DNA of 61,640 bases from Bacillota bacterium (GTDB lineage Bacteria; Bacillota; Clostridia; Oscillospirales; SIG627). This document shows, one piece after another, positions 20,086 through 30,220 of this stretch. Each line of letters begins with the position of its first letter. Position 1 is the stretch's first letter. The position numbers were made by a program, and so were the translations under genes. Location: contig JAQXGK010000075.1 in NCBI GenBank assembly GCA_029006345.1, forward strand, positions 1 to 61,640, in the 5' to 3' direction. Below the pieces are notes generated by a model. That model ran no database searches. It worked only from the letters and a program-made list of their open reading frames with translations, and had not been told where the DNA came from.

Positions 20086-21330
20086 ATTATCATAGATACC
20101 AGAAGAGTAGTAATAACCGGTATGGGAAGCGTAAGCCCTGCGGGTGAAACAAACAGCGAACTGTGGAACGCAGTAACAGACGCAAAGCCCCTGTTCACGC
20201 CGGTAGAAGGTGTCGAAGAGGACTTTAAGGTCAAGCTTGCAGGTCAGCTCAAAAGCTTTGACCCGGACAAATACATGGATCCCAAGCTGTCGCGCCGAAT
20301 GGGCAAATTCACGCAATTTGCAGTAGCGGCGGCGCGCCTCGCCCTCGATGACTCCGGACTTGAAAAAACCGACTTCGACCGCGACCGCACGGCTGTAATA
20401 GTCGGAACAGGTATCGGCGGTGCGGAGCAGATTTCGAATGATACGGCATATGTACTGGAGCACGGCTACAACCGAGTATCCCCGACGCTTATACCCTCGG
20501 TTATTCCCAATATGGCAACCGGATATATCACACAGCTTTTTGACCTGAGAGGCGAATGCTACGCCGTCGCAAGCGCGTGCGCTACCGGAGCACACGCCAT
20601 CGGAGAGGCATACCGCTCTATCAAGCACGGCTACAGCGATTACGCACTGGCAGGCGGCACGGAGGCGGGAATATTCCCGCTCGGACTGGCCGGCTTTGCC
20701 AACATGAAGGCTCTGTCGCTTACCGACGATCCTAATCTCGCCAGTCTGCCGTTTGACAAGCGCAGAAGCGGCTTTGTCATGAGCGAGGGCGCGGCAATAG
20801 TCGTCATGGAATCGCTTGAAAGCGCTCTGGCGCGCGGCGCACACATTTATGCCGAAATATCAGGCTACGGCGCTACTGCCGACGCATACCACTTCACAAG
20901 CCCCCGCCCCGACGGACAGGGTGCCTCCAAGGCCATGAAAGCGGCTATGGCCGATGCGGGTCTTACTGCCGCCGATATCGACTACATCAACGCTCACGGC
21001 ACAGGCACACCTATTAACGACAAGTATGAGACAGTCGCCATAAAGGACGCTCTCGGCGAATATGCGTCAAAGGTCGCCGTTTCGTCCTCCAAGGGCGTTA
21101 TCGGGCACATGCTGGGTGCGGCGGGCGCTATAGAATGCATAATTACCGCTCTTTCTCTCCATAACGGAGTAATTCCGCCTACAGCGGGACTTTACGAGCA
21201 GGACGAGGAATGCGATCTCGACTGCGTTCCGCTCAGGGCAAGAAAAGCCGATATCCGTGCGGCGCTGTCAAATTCTCTCGCTTTCGGCGGCGCCAACGCT
21301 TCGCTTGTTCTCAAAAAATACGAAAAATAA
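20086..21330 (+). CDS. fabF: 3-oxoacyl-ACP synthase II FabF (start codon uncertain, apparently non-AUG)
   Basis: Active-site CATGAHAIGEA, HGTGT and GHMLGAAG. The conserved N-terminal strand RRVVITGMG is encoded upstream of the first ATG (20122) and downstream of an in-frame TGA at 20083. The start must therefore be ATT, ATC or ATA at 20086-20094. Confidence 0.85.
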   Translation: MIIDTRRVVITGMGSVSPAGETNSELWNAVTDAKPLFTPVEGVEEDFKVKLAGQLKSFDPDKYMDPKLSRRMGKFTQFAVAAARLALDDSGLEKTDFDRDRTAVIVGTGIGGAEQISNDTAYVLEHGYNRVSPTLIPSVIPNMATGYITQLFDLRGECYAVASACATGAHAIGEAYRSIKHGYSDYALAGGTEAGIFPLGLAGFANMKALSLTDDPNLASLPFDKRRSGFVMSEGAAIVVMESLESALARGAHIYAEISGYGATADAYHFTSPRPDGQGASKAMKAAMADAGLTAADIDYINAHGTGTPINDKYETVAIKDALGEYASKVAVSSSKGVIGHMLGAAGAIECIITALSLHNGVIPPTAGLYEQDEECDLDCVPLRARKADIRAALSNSLAFGGANASLVLKKYEK

Positions 21331-21342
21331 AGGACACAATAT

Positions 21343-22269
21343 ATGTTCAGGGATATTCTGAAAAAATTCAGGTTTCGTCCGGATAAGGGGTCGAGCGAGC
21401 TCGGAACAGCGGCAAAGCTCAGCTTCAGCGACCACAAGTGTCCGAAATGCGGTCACGACATCACCGCTGACGAGGAGCTCGAGTATCTGGATGTTTGCCC
21501 GTACTGCGGCTATCACGAGCGCTTGTCCGCACGCCGCAGAATTGCATTCACGGTAGACCCGGGGAGCTTTCGCGAGCTTTTCGGACAGATAACCACCGCA
21601 AATCCGCTGGATATACCGGAATACGACGAAAAGCTTGAACGCCAGCGCAAAAAGACCGGCATTGATGAAGCTGTTATAACCGGCGTGGCCGAAATCAAGG
21701 GTCAAAAATGTCTTATCGGCGTAATGGACAGCTTTTTCTTCATGGGGTCTATGGGGTCCGCAGTCGGCGAAAAGTTGGCGCGGCTGTTTGAATACGGCAT
21801 CCGAGAGGAACTGCCGGTAATCATATTCACCGCCTCGGGCGGCGCCAGAATGCAGGAGGGCGTGCTGTCGCTTATGCAAATGGCAAAGGTTTCCGCGGCG
21901 GCAAAACTGCACTCGGAAATGGACCTGCTGTATATCACGGTGCTTACCGACCCGACGACCGGCGGGGTTACGGCAAGCTTCGGAATGTTGGGCGACTACA
22001 TTCTTGCCGAACCGGGAGCGCTTATCGGCTTTGCGGGGCGGCGAGTTATCGAGGGCACTATCCAGGGCAGTCTTCCGGAGGACTTCCAGAGCGCCGAATT
22101 TCAGGCGGAACACGGCTTTGTGGACAGAATAGTGCCGCGCGGAGAAATGCGCGAGCTGCTGTCACGGCTTATAAAATACAACCGTCCTGTAATAACCAAG
22201 CGATGGATGCTCAAAAACTTCATTTCGTTCTGGGACAAAGACAAGGACAAGGAGCGTTCATATGAGTAA
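21343..22269 (+). CDS. accD: acetyl-CoA carboxylase carboxyltransferase beta subunit
   Basis: 308 aa with the N-terminal zinc ribbon CPKCGH...CPYCGYH and a carboxyltransferase core. Confidence 0.9.
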   Translation: MFRDILKKFRFRPDKGSSELGTAAKLSFSDHKCPKCGHDITADEELEYLDVCPYCGYHERLSARRRIAFTVDPGSFRELFGQITTANPLDIPEYDEKLERQRKKTGIDEAVITGVAEIKGQKCLIGVMDSFFFMGSMGSAVGEKLARLFEYGIREELPVIIFTASGGARMQEGVLSLMQMAKVSAAAKLHSEMDLLYITVLTDPTTGGVTASFGMLGDYILAEPGALIGFAGRRVIEGTIQGSLPEDFQSAEFQAEHGFVDRIVPRGEMRELLSRLIKYNRPVITKRWMLKNFISFWDKDKDKERSYE

Positions 22270-23128
22270 CCAAAACGAAAAATCCTCGGCGGCGCTCAGA
22301 AAATTCCGGCTTTCTCATCACCCGCACCGTCCGACGGTACAGTACTATATAGAAAACATTTTCGACGACTTTATCGAAATGCACGGAGACCGCACCTTCG
22401 GAGACGATAAGGCGATAGTTACAGGCATCGCACTGCTGGACAACACTCCGGTTACGGTCATCGGCAATATACGCGGCAACGGAATCGAGGAAAATGTAGA
22501 ATGCAACTTTGCCATGGCGCATCCCGAGGGCTACCGCAAGGCTCTCCGGCAAATGCGGCTGGCGGAAAAATTTTCCCGACCGATAATTACCTTTGTGGAT
22601 ACTCCCGGAGCATACTGCGGAGTGGCCGCCGAGGAACGCGGACAGGGTCAGGCCATCGCCGACAACCTATACAATATGATGGCGCTCAGCGTGCCGATTA
22701 TTTCCGTCATCACAGGTGAGGGCGGCTCGGGCGGAGCGCTCGGTATAGCCTGCGCCAACCGTCTTTTCATGCTTGAAAATTCCACTTTTTCCGTAATATC
22801 GCCGCGCGGCTGTGCAAGCATTTTGTGGAAGGATCCCGAGCGCGAGGCGGACGCCGCCGAAATGCTGAAGATAACGGCCGACGAGCTTCTCAAGCTGAAT
22901 ATCATATCAGGCATAATACCGGAGCCTGACGGAGGCGCTCAAAACGATCCCCTCTTGACAGCAAAAAGCATTAAGAGTACAATAGTGGAGAATTTGATGC
23001 AGCTCATGCAGCTCTCCCGCGACCAGCTGCGGCTTCAAAGATACGCTGCAATCAGGCGCATAGGTATCTATAACGATGCCAAGCGCACAGATAACCAGGA
23101 AAAGAAAGGATTATTACACAATGATTGA
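22262..23128 (+). CDS. accA: acetyl-CoA carboxylase carboxyltransferase alpha subunit
   Basis: 288 aa with AccA-like segments HPHRPT, FVDTPGAY and GEGGSGGAL. It overlaps the accD stop by 8 nt. Confidence 0.9.
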   Translation: MSNQNEKSSAALRKFRLSHHPHRPTVQYYIENIFDDFIEMHGDRTFGDDKAIVTGIALLDNTPVTVIGNIRGNGIEENVECNFAMAHPEGYRKALRQMRLAEKFSRPIITFVDTPGAYCGVAAEERGQGQAIADNLYNMMALSVPIISVITGEGGSGGALGIACANRLFMLENSTFSVISPRGCASILWKDPEREADAAEMLKITADELLKLNIISGIIPEPDGGAQNDPLLTAKSIKSTIVENLMQLMQLSRDQLRLQRYAAIRRIGIYNDAKRTDNQEKKGLLHND

Positions 23129-23345
23129 ACAGATCAAGGAAATGCTTGCAAAGCAGCTTCGCGTCGATGCTTCGACAATAACGGAAAGTACTAACATTCT
23201 TGAGGATCTCAAGGCTGACAGCCTTGATATAGTTGAAATGCTTATGACCATCGAGGACAAGTACGGAATAAACGTTCCCGACGAGGATGTATCCTCGCTC
23301 AAGACCGTAGGCGATGTTGCAAAATACATAGAAAGCCACAAGTAA
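23121..23345 (+). CDS. acpP: acyl carrier protein
   Basis: 74 aa from the ATG at 23121, with SD AAAGAAAGGA. It has the canonical DLKADSLDIVEMLMTIEDKYG motif. Confidence 0.9.
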   Translation: MIEQIKEMLAKQLRVDASTITESTNILEDLKADSLDIVEMLMTIEDKYGINVPDEDVSSLKTVGDVAKYIESHK

Positions 23346-23363
23346 TCAGAATAATATCGCGTC

Positions 23364-23398
23364 TTATGCCTTTGCGACCGAAACGATTGCAAAGGCAT
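23364..23398 (+). other. 11-bp stem hairpin between acpP and fabD (possible partial terminator or mRNA stabiliser)
   Basis: TATGCCTTTGC-13 nt loop-GCAAAGGCATA followed by TCATTTGTG, which is a weak U tract. Confidence 0.35.
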
Positions 23399-23433
23399 AT
23401 CATTTGTGAAAGCATATGAAAGGAAACAAATAA

Positions 23434-24351
23434 ATGACAGCATATCTTTTTCCGGGTCAGGGTTCGCAGACTGTAGGTATGTGCCGTGACCTGTACGACG
23501 AATTTCCCGAGGTCAGAGCGCTGCTTGACTCTGCGCGCGGGTTTGTCAAGGACGGCAAGCTGCCCTTTGAGCTGACGGAAGACGAGCTGAAACAAACCGC
23601 ATATACACAAACGGCGCTCTTTCTTCACTCCGCGGCAGTGCTTGAGATACTTCCGAAAAACGAAGATTGCGCGGCGGGCTTCTCGCTCGGAGAATGCACG
23701 GCGCTGTATGCCGCGAAGGTTCTGTCGTTTGAAGACGCGCTCAGGCTGATTTCCATACGCGCACAGCTAATGGATGCGGCGGCGCAAGCGCATCCCGGCT
23801 GTATGTTTGCCATTCTCGGAGGGGACGAAAATGCCCCCGAGCTTATAGCTGAGCTTTGTAAATCGGTTTCCGACAAGGGCTACGCCGCTCCGGTCAACTT
23901 CAACTGCCCCGGGCAGACGGTTATTTCGGGCGACACGGAAGCAGTCACGGCGGTGGCGGCTCTCTGCAGGGAAAACTCAATGAAGGCGCTCCCGCTCAAA
24001 ACGAGCGGCGCTTTCCACAGCCGCTTTATGGATGACGCGGCAATAAAATTCAAATCCGAAATATCCCGCTTTTGCTTCGGCAGACCGACTATTCCGATAT
24101 ATTCAAACCTTACCGGAAAGCCCTATGACGACGAAATAATAAACAATATGCCCGAGTATCTTTCGCGCCATATTGTCAATCCCGTCAGATTCTCCGACGC
24201 AGTCAAGAATATGCTCGCTTCGGGAGCAGACCGCTTCGTAGAGGTCGGCTGCGGCAAGACTCTCACAGGCTTTGTCAAGCGCACGGACAGCAACGCACAG
24301 CTCTTCACTACCTCTACTTCAGCCGAGCTGAAAGAATTTCTCAATTCATAA
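23434..24351 (+). CDS. fabD: malonyl-CoA:ACP transacylase FabD
   Basis: 305 aa with FPGQGSQ and the active-site GFSLGECTALYAA. Confidence 0.9.
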   Translation: MTAYLFPGQGSQTVGMCRDLYDEFPEVRALLDSARGFVKDGKLPFELTEDELKQTAYTQTALFLHSAAVLEILPKNEDCAAGFSLGECTALYAAKVLSFEDALRLISIRAQLMDAAAQAHPGCMFAILGGDENAPELIAELCKSVSDKGYAAPVNFNCPGQTVISGDTEAVTAVAALCRENSMKALPLKTSGAFHSRFMDDAAIKFKSEISRFCFGRPTIPIYSNLTGKPYDDEIINNMPEYLSRHIVNPVRFSDAVKNMLASGADRFVEVGCGKTLTGFVKRTDSNAQLFTTSTSAELKEFLNS

Positions 24352-24407
24352 AAGCATCTGACGATTGCAGAAAACAGCCCGGCAACAATTTCGGTCAATC
24401 ACGATAA

Positions 24408-24444
24408 GGCGGCTCCGCAGCAGCACTGCGGAGCCGCCTTTGTT
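24408..24444 (+). terminator. Rho-independent terminator closing the secA-to-fabD gene run
   Basis: GGCGGCTCCGCAG-CAGCA-CTGCGGAGCCGCC (13-bp stem) followed by TTTGTT. Confidence 0.8.
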
Positions 24445-24529
24445 CAAATAGCTGTTTTTTTCGGTCAAAAACTCTTTGATTTTTTATATTTTCCGGTTGT
24501 TTTTTCGCCGTTATTTTGCGGCATGTCGG

Positions 24530-24558
24530 TTGACACGCGGCGATTTGTGTGGTATAGT
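24530..24558 (+). promoter_or_regulatory. sigma-A promoter of the pyr operon with extended -10 (TTGACA-17-TGgTATAGT)
   Basis: -35 TTGACA at 24530-24535 and -10 TATAGT at 24553-24558, preceded by TGG. Confidence 0.65.
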
Positions 24559-24630
24559 ATAGAAAATCCGATTTGCGGTATCACCGCTGCGGCAGGAAAT
24601 GAATATCAGCTTCTCTTCAGTATCTTCAAT

Positions 24631-24656
24631 CTTGTCGCCGACAAGGCTTTTTTTTT
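24631..24656 (+). promoter_or_regulatory. candidate leader attenuator: short hairpin plus a 9-T tract in the pyr 5' leader
   Basis: CTTGT-CGCCG-ACAAG followed by GCTTTTTTTTT, about 35 nt upstream of the pyrC start. The stem is weak. Confidence 0.35.
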
Positions 24657-24688
24657 GCCCAAACGACATAAGAAAGGAACGGTCAAAT

Positions 24689-25963
24689 ATGAACTACATT
24701 CTCAAAAACGGTTATGTATTTCGCAAAAACAGATTCGTTTCGGGTGATGTTTTCGTTTCCGACGGTATTATTGCCGATATCAGTCCCCGAGGCTTTTCCG
24801 GCGATACCGCCGTTATTCCGTTTGACGGTTGCTTTATTATTCCCGGTCTTGCAGATGTTCACGTTCATCTTCGAGAGCCGGGTTTTTTTTATAAGGAGAG
24901 TATAAAGACCGGCACGCTTGCGGCGGCGAGGGGCGGCTACACCGCCGTCTGCGCCATGCCCAATCTCAGTCCCGTTCCGGACTGCATGGAAAACCTGAAA
25001 GAGGAGCTTAGCATAATCGAGCGCGACGCGGCGGTTCGGGTGCTGCCGTACGGTGCGATAACCCGCGCCCAGGCAGGCGCAGAGCTGTCTGATATGGAGA
25101 AGATGGCGCCCTATGTCGCAGCCTTTTCGGACGACGGCAGGGGCGTGCAAAGCGACGACATTATGCTTGCCGCATTGAATAAAGCCAAAAGTCTCGGCAA
25201 AATAATTGCCGCTCACTGTGAGGACAATTCGCTTCTCAAGGGCGGATATATTCACGACGGAGAGTACGCAAGGAAAAACGGTCACCGCGGTATCTGTTCC
25301 GAAAGCGAATGGAAGCAGGTGGGGCGCGACATTGAGCTTGCACGGCAGACCGGCTGTCCCTACCATGTATGCCACGTTTCCGCCAAGGAAAGCGTAGAGC
25401 TGATCAGAAAAGCAAAAGCCGACGGTGTTGACATAACCTGTGAAACGGCGCCGCATTACCTTGTACTGACAGAAAACGACCTGAAAGACGACGGGCGCTT
25501 CAAAATGAATCCGCCGCTGAGAAGTGAAAGCGACCGCCACGCGCTTATCGAGGGCATTAAGGACGGTACAATCGATATGATTGCCACAGACCATGCGCCG
25601 CACTCCGCCGAGGAAAAATCCCGCGGGCTGAAGCTTAGCTCAATGGGCGTGGTCGGACTGGAGTGCGCGTTTCCGGTTCTGTATACCGAGCTTGTCAAAA
25701 ATAACATCATTACGCTTGAAAAGCTGATTGAACTCATGTCGCTGAGCCCCAAACGGCGCTTCAATATTCCGGGCGGACTGGAAATCGGAGACAGAGCCGA
25801 CCTTGCGGTTTTTGACCTGCGGCAGCAATATAAAATAAACCCGGACGAGTTTCTGTCAAAGGGCAGAAGCACGCCGTTTGAAGGAAAAGAAGTATTCGGC
25901 AAATGCATAATGACGATGGTAAACGGGAGGATAGTATGGCAAGAGAATTCGACAGAAAAATAG
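24689..25963 (+). CDS. pyrC: dihydroorotase
   Basis: 424 aa from the ATG at 24689, with SD AGAAAGGAA. Metal ligands DVHVHLREPG, and ATDHAPH. Confidence 0.9.
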   Translation: MNYILKNGYVFRKNRFVSGDVFVSDGIIADISPRGFSGDTAVIPFDGCFIIPGLADVHVHLREPGFFYKESIKTGTLAAARGGYTAVCAMPNLSPVPDCMENLKEELSIIERDAAVRVLPYGAITRAQAGAELSDMEKMAPYVAAFSDDGRGVQSDDIMLAALNKAKSLGKIIAAHCEDNSLLKGGYIHDGEYARKNGHRGICSESEWKQVGRDIELARQTGCPYHVCHVSAKESVELIRKAKADGVDITCETAPHYLVLTENDLKDDGRFKMNPPLRSESDRHALIEGIKDGTIDMIATDHAPHSAEEKSRGLKLSSMGVVGLECAFPVLYTELVKNNIITLEKLIELMSLSPKRRFNIPGGLEIGDRADLAVFDLRQQYKINPDEFLSKGRSTPFEGKEVFGKCIMTMVNGRIVWQENSTEK

Positions 25964-27042
25964 TACTTGAGGACGGCAGCGTCTACTTGGGATACGGCTT
26001 CGGCGACAGCTGCGACAGGGTGTGCGAAATAGTATTCAACACCTCCATGGTAGGATATCAGGAAATAGTATCCGACCCGTCCTACACATATCAGATGGTC
26101 GTAATGACCTATCCTATCATCGGCAACTACGGCATCGCCGACGACGACTTTGAATGTAAGACTCCTACAATCGGCGGCCTTATAGTACGCTCGTACAACG
26201 ACTTTCCCAGTAATTTCCGATACACAAAAACGCTGTCGGAAATTCTCGTCGAGAACCACATACCGGCTATCTCGGGCATTGACACGAGAAAGCTCACCAG
26301 AAGCATCCGCGACCTCGGAAGCCGCAAGGTGCTGATAACCGACATAGATACCCCCGCGGAGGACGCGCTGAAAATGCTCTCTGCAACCGAAATTCCGCAC
26401 GACGCCGTCTCAAAGGTCAGCTGTAAAAAGCGTTGGTACAGCCGCACCTCCAACCCGAAATACAATATCGTCGCCGTGGACTGCGGCATTAAGCTCAATA
26501 TAATCCGTTCACTGAATGCGCGCGGGTGCAACGTAACGGTAGTGCCGTGGAACACAACCGCCGCCGAAATCGAGAGCTTTCGCCCCGACGGAGTTTTTCT
26601 CTCAAACGGTCCCGGTGACCCAGAGGATGTCACTCCGGTAATAGAGCTTATCCGTAAAATCAGGGGCAAATATCCCATCTGCGGAATATGTCTCGGCCAC
26701 CAGATGATAAGCCTTGCCTACGGCGCCAAGACATACAAGCTGAAATTCGGCCACAGAGGCGGAAACCACCCGGTAAAAAATCTCAAAACGGGCAAAATAG
26801 AAATAACCAGCCAGAATCACAGCTATGCGGTCGACGCTTCCTCGGTGGAGGGGACGGGTCTTGAAATAACGCACATAAATCTGCTGGACAATACCGTCGA
26901 GGGCGTTGAGTGCGCTCAAGACCGTATATTCTCCGTACAGTACCATCCCGAGAGCGCGCCCGGCCCGCAGGACAGCGCGTATCTCTTTGATAAATTCATT
27001 TCAGCAGTAAAGGAGGCAAAGGACAGTGCCAAAAAGAACTGA
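25936..27042 (+). CDS. carA: carbamoyl-phosphate synthase small (glutaminase) subunit
   Basis: 368 aa from the ATG at 25936, with SD GGGAGG. GATase triad context CGICLGHQ, and YHPE. Confidence 0.9.
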   Translation: MAREFDRKIVLEDGSVYLGYGFGDSCDRVCEIVFNTSMVGYQEIVSDPSYTYQMVVMTYPIIGNYGIADDDFECKTPTIGGLIVRSYNDFPSNFRYTKTLSEILVENHIPAISGIDTRKLTRSIRDLGSRKVLITDIDTPAEDALKMLSATEIPHDAVSKVSCKKRWYSRTSNPKYNIVAVDCGIKLNIIRSLNARGCNVTVVPWNTTAAEIESFRPDGVFLSNGPGDPEDVTPVIELIRKIRGKYPICGICLGHQMISLAYGAKTYKLKFGHRGGNHPVKNLKTGKIEITSQNHSYAVDASSVEGTGLEITHINLLDNTVEGVECAQDRIFSVQYHPESAPGPQDSAYLFDKFISAVKEAKDSAKKN

Positions 27043-30000
27043 TCTCAAAAAAATACTCGTTATCGGCTCCGGCCCCATCGTTATAGGACAGGCGGCGGAA
27101 TTCGACTACGCAGGCACTCAGGCATGCCTTTCCCTCAAGGAAGAAGGCTACGAGGTAATTCTGCTCAACTCCAACCCCGCAACCATAATGACAGATACCG
27201 CTATTGCCGACAAGGTATATATGGAGCCGCTCACCCTGGAATACGCGGCGAAAATTCTCCGTTATGAACGCCCCGATGCGATAGTGCCCGGAATAGGCGG
27301 TCAGACCGGACTGAATCTCGTAATGCAGCTCGAAAAGAAGGGCGTCCTGCGGGAATGTCAGGTCGAGGTTCTCGGTACTGACTGCGCGTCTATCGACCGC
27401 GCCGAAGACAGAGAGCTTTTCAAGGAGCTTTGCGAAGAGCTGGGAGAGCCGGTGCTGAAAAGCGAAATAACCCACTCGACCGAGGAGGCTATCGAGGCGG
27501 CAGAGCGCATAGGCTATCCCGTAGTTCTCAGACCCGCGTTCACGCTGGGCGGCACGGGCGGCGGCTTCGCCGACAACGAGGAGGAGCTGCGTGAAATCAT
27601 GAAAAACGCGCTCAAGCTGTCTCCTGTCAAGCAGGTGCTTGTTGAAAAGAGCATCAAGGGCTACAAAGAAATAGAATACGAGGTTATGCGCGACGCTAAC
27701 GATACCGCCATTACCATCTGCAACATGGAAAATATCGACCCGGTCGGCATACACACCGGAGACTCAATAGTCGTGGCTCCCAGTCAGACGCTGACCAATA
27801 AGGAATACCATCTTCTGCGCGACAGCGCGCTCAAAATAATCCGCGCTCTCAAGATAGAGGGCGGCTGCAACGTTCAGTTCGCGCTCGACCCGCAAAGCTT
27901 CAACTACTATGTCATAGAGGTCAACCCGCGAGTTTCCCGCTCCTCCGCTCTCGCAAGCAAGGCAAGCGGCTATCCGATAGCGCGCGTCTCGGCAAAAATC
28001 GCCGTCGGTCTCACGCTGGATGAAATAATGATAGCAAACACTCCGGCAAGCTTTGAGCCGACGCTCGACTATGTGGTAACAAAAATGCCGCGTTTCCCCT
28101 TCGACAAGTTTGCAACGGCTTCAAACAAGCTCAGCACTCAGATGAAGGCGACCGGCGAAGTAATGAGCATAGGACGCACCATGGAGGAAAGCCTGCTGAA
28201 ATCGGTCCGCTCGCTGGAAATCGGCGTCTGCCACCTCCACATGGAAAAGTTCGATTTCATGCAGCGCGACGAACTGCTCGAATATATCAAAATCGGCACT
28301 GACGACCGGATTTTCGCGATAGCACAGCTTATCCGTCTGGGCGTGGACATCGGCATTATCGCCGACGAAACGCGAATAGATATGCTGTTTATCGAAATGA
28401 TACGCAACATAATCGATTACGAAAAAGAGATAAAAGAGCATAAGGACGACACAAAAGTCCTTGCCTATGCCAAGAAAATGGGCTTTTCGGACGAATACAT
28501 AGCAAAGCTGTGGGGAGAGACCGACGACGAAGTATATGAGCTTCGCCGCAAAAATAAAATCTTCCCGGTATATAAGATGATAGACACCTGCGCGTCCGAA
28601 TTTGAAAGCTACATCCCGTATTTTTACTCGACCTATGAGCAGGAAAACGAGTCGATAGTCAGCGACAAAAAGAAAATCGTCGTACTGGGCAGCGGCCCGA
28701 TACGAATCGGACAGGGCGTGGAGTTCGACTACTCCACGGTTCACGCCGTCTGGACCATAAAAAACAACGGCTACGAAGCCATTATAATAAACAACAACCC
28801 CGAAACCGTCTCGACCGATTACACCACAAGTGACAAGCTCTACTTCGAACCGCTGACAAGCGAGGATGTAATGAACATCATCGAGCTTGAAAAGCCGATA
28901 GGAGTAATCGCCTCTCTCGGCGGTCAGACCGCAATAAACCTCGCCGATTCTCTGACGCGCCGCGGCGTAAAGATTATCGGCACTGATTGCGCGGCAATAG
29001 AGCGCGCCGAAAACAGGGATTCGTTCGAAAAGGTCATGGAGGATCTCGCCATTCCTCAGCCCAAGGGCAGAGCGGTAACCAGGATAGAGGACGGCGTAAC
29101 GGCCGCCGCCGAAATAGGCTACCCGGTGCTCGTCAGACCGAGCTATGTGCTGGGCGGAAGAGCGATGCAGATAGTATCAAACGAGCAGTCGCTCAGGCAG
29201 TATCTCAAGACGGCTGTTGCGATAAACACCGAGCAGCCGGTTCTTGTCGACAAGTATATTGTCGGCAAGGAGCTGGAGGTCGACGCCATCTGCGACGGCA
29301 CGGACGTGTTCGTGCCTGGAATAATGGAGCACGTTGAGCGCACGGGAATCCATTCCGGCGACTCTATAAGCGTTTATCCGACCTTCAGCATTTCGGAAAA
29401 AGCCAAGAAAACCATTCTCGACTATACCAAGGCGCTGGGCCTCGGAATAGGAATAGTCGGTCTTTTCAATATTCAGTTTATAGTTGACTGCGAGGAAAAC
29501 GTATATGTCATCGAGGTTAATCCGCGCTCTTCGAGAACGGTCCCCTTCCTGTCAAAGGCAACCGGCTACTCTCTCGCCGACATAGCAACGCTTGTCATTC
29601 TCGGCAAATCGCTCAGGGAGCAGGGACTTTCGAGCATATATCCGCCCGAGAAGAAGCGCTGGTATGTAAAGGCGCCGGCCTTCTCCTTCTCCAAGCTGCG
29701 CGGCCTGGACGCATATCTTTCACCGGAAATGAAGTCCACCGGCGAAGCAATAGGATACGACGACAAGCTCAACCGCGCACTATACAAGGCTCTGCAGTCC
29801 TCGGGAATGAACGTTATGAATTACGGCACCATTCTCGTCACTATCGCGGATAAGGACAAGGAGGAAGCACTGCCGCTCATACGGCGCTTCTACAACCTCG
29901 GCTTTAATATAGAAGCGACCCACGGCACGGCTATGTTCCTGAAGAAACACGGAATACGCACCCGTGTAAAGCAAAAAATCAGCGAAGGCAGCGAGGAGAT

Positions 30001-30205
30001 ACTCGACTCTATCCGTCAGGGATATGTCAATTACGTCATCAATACCCGCGATATGAGCTCGATACATCAGGAATCCGACGGCTATGCAATACGCCGCTGC
30101 GCAGTTGAAAACAACGTCACCATGTTTACCGCACTGGACACCGTGCGAGTGCTTCTTGACGTACTTGAGGAAATAACGCTCAGCATTTCCACGATAGATT
30201 CATGA
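27026..30205 (+). CDS. carB: carbamoyl-phosphate synthase large subunit
   Basis: 1059 aa. The ATP-grasp halves are duplicated ([20 protein letters not shown] and [20 protein letters not shown]). GTG start. Confidence 0.95.
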   Translation: MPKRTDLKKILVIGSGPIVIGQAAEFDYAGTQACLSLKEEGYEVILLNSNPATIMTDTAIADKVYMEPLTLEYAAKILRYERPDAIVPGIGGQTGLNLVMQLEKKGVLRECQVEVLGTDCASIDRAEDRELFKELCEELGEPVLKSEITHSTEEAIEAAERIGYPVVLRPAFTLGGTGGGFADNEEELREIMKNALKLSPVKQVLVEKSIKGYKEIEYEVMRDANDTAITICNMENIDPVGIHTGDSIVVAPSQTLTNKEYHLLRDSALKIIRALKIEGGCNVQFALDPQSFNYYVIEVNPRVSRSSALASKASGYPIARVSAKIAVGLTLDEIMIANTPASFEPTLDYVVTKMPRFPFDKFATASNKLSTQMKATGEVMSIGRTMEESLLKSVRSLEIGVCHLHMEKFDFMQRDELLEYIKIGTDDRIFAIAQLIRLGVDIGIIADETRIDMLFIEMIRNIIDYEKEIKEHKDDTKVLAYAKKMGFSDEYIAKLWGETDDEVYELRRKNKIFPVYKMIDTCASEFESYIPYFYSTYEQENESIVSDKKKIVVLGSGPIRIGQGVEFDYSTVHAVWTIKNNGYEAIIINNNPETVSTDYTTSDKLYFEPLTSEDVMNIIELEKPIGVIASLGGQTAINLADSLTRRGVKIIGTDCAAIERAENRDSFEKVMEDLAIPQPKGRAVTRIEDGVTAAAEIGYPVLVRPSYVLGGRAMQIVSNEQSLRQYLKTAVAINTEQPVLVDKYIVGKELEVDAICDGTDVFVPGIMEHVERTGIHSGDSISVYPTFSISEKAKKTILDYTKALGLGIGIVGLFNIQFIVDCEENVYVIEVNPRSSRTVPFLSKATGYSLADIATLVILGKSLREQGLSSIYPPEKKRWYVKAPAFSFSKLRGLDAYLSPEMKSTGEAIGYDDKLNRALYKALQSSGMNVMNYGTILVTIADKDKEEALPLIRRFYNLGFNIEATHGTAMFLKKHGIRTRVKQKISEGSEEILDSIRQGYVNYVINTRDMSSIHQESDGYAIRRCAVENNVTMFTALDTVRVLLDVLEEITLSISTIDS

Positions 30206-30220
30206 TATAAGGAGCAAAAT

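Noticed and set aside
24559-24688. A PyrR-binding anti-antiterminator in the pyr leader.
   Set aside because: I found no ..UCCAGAGAGG..-like box and the operon has no pyrR gene. I kept it only as a generic attenuator candidate.
24599-24688. An upstream in-frame ATG that would give a 454-aa PyrC or act as a leader peptide.
   Set aside because: The extension runs through the hairpin and T9 tract and has no proper SD spacing. It is not part of the dihydroorotase fold. The ATG at 24689 has a good SD and gives a normal length.
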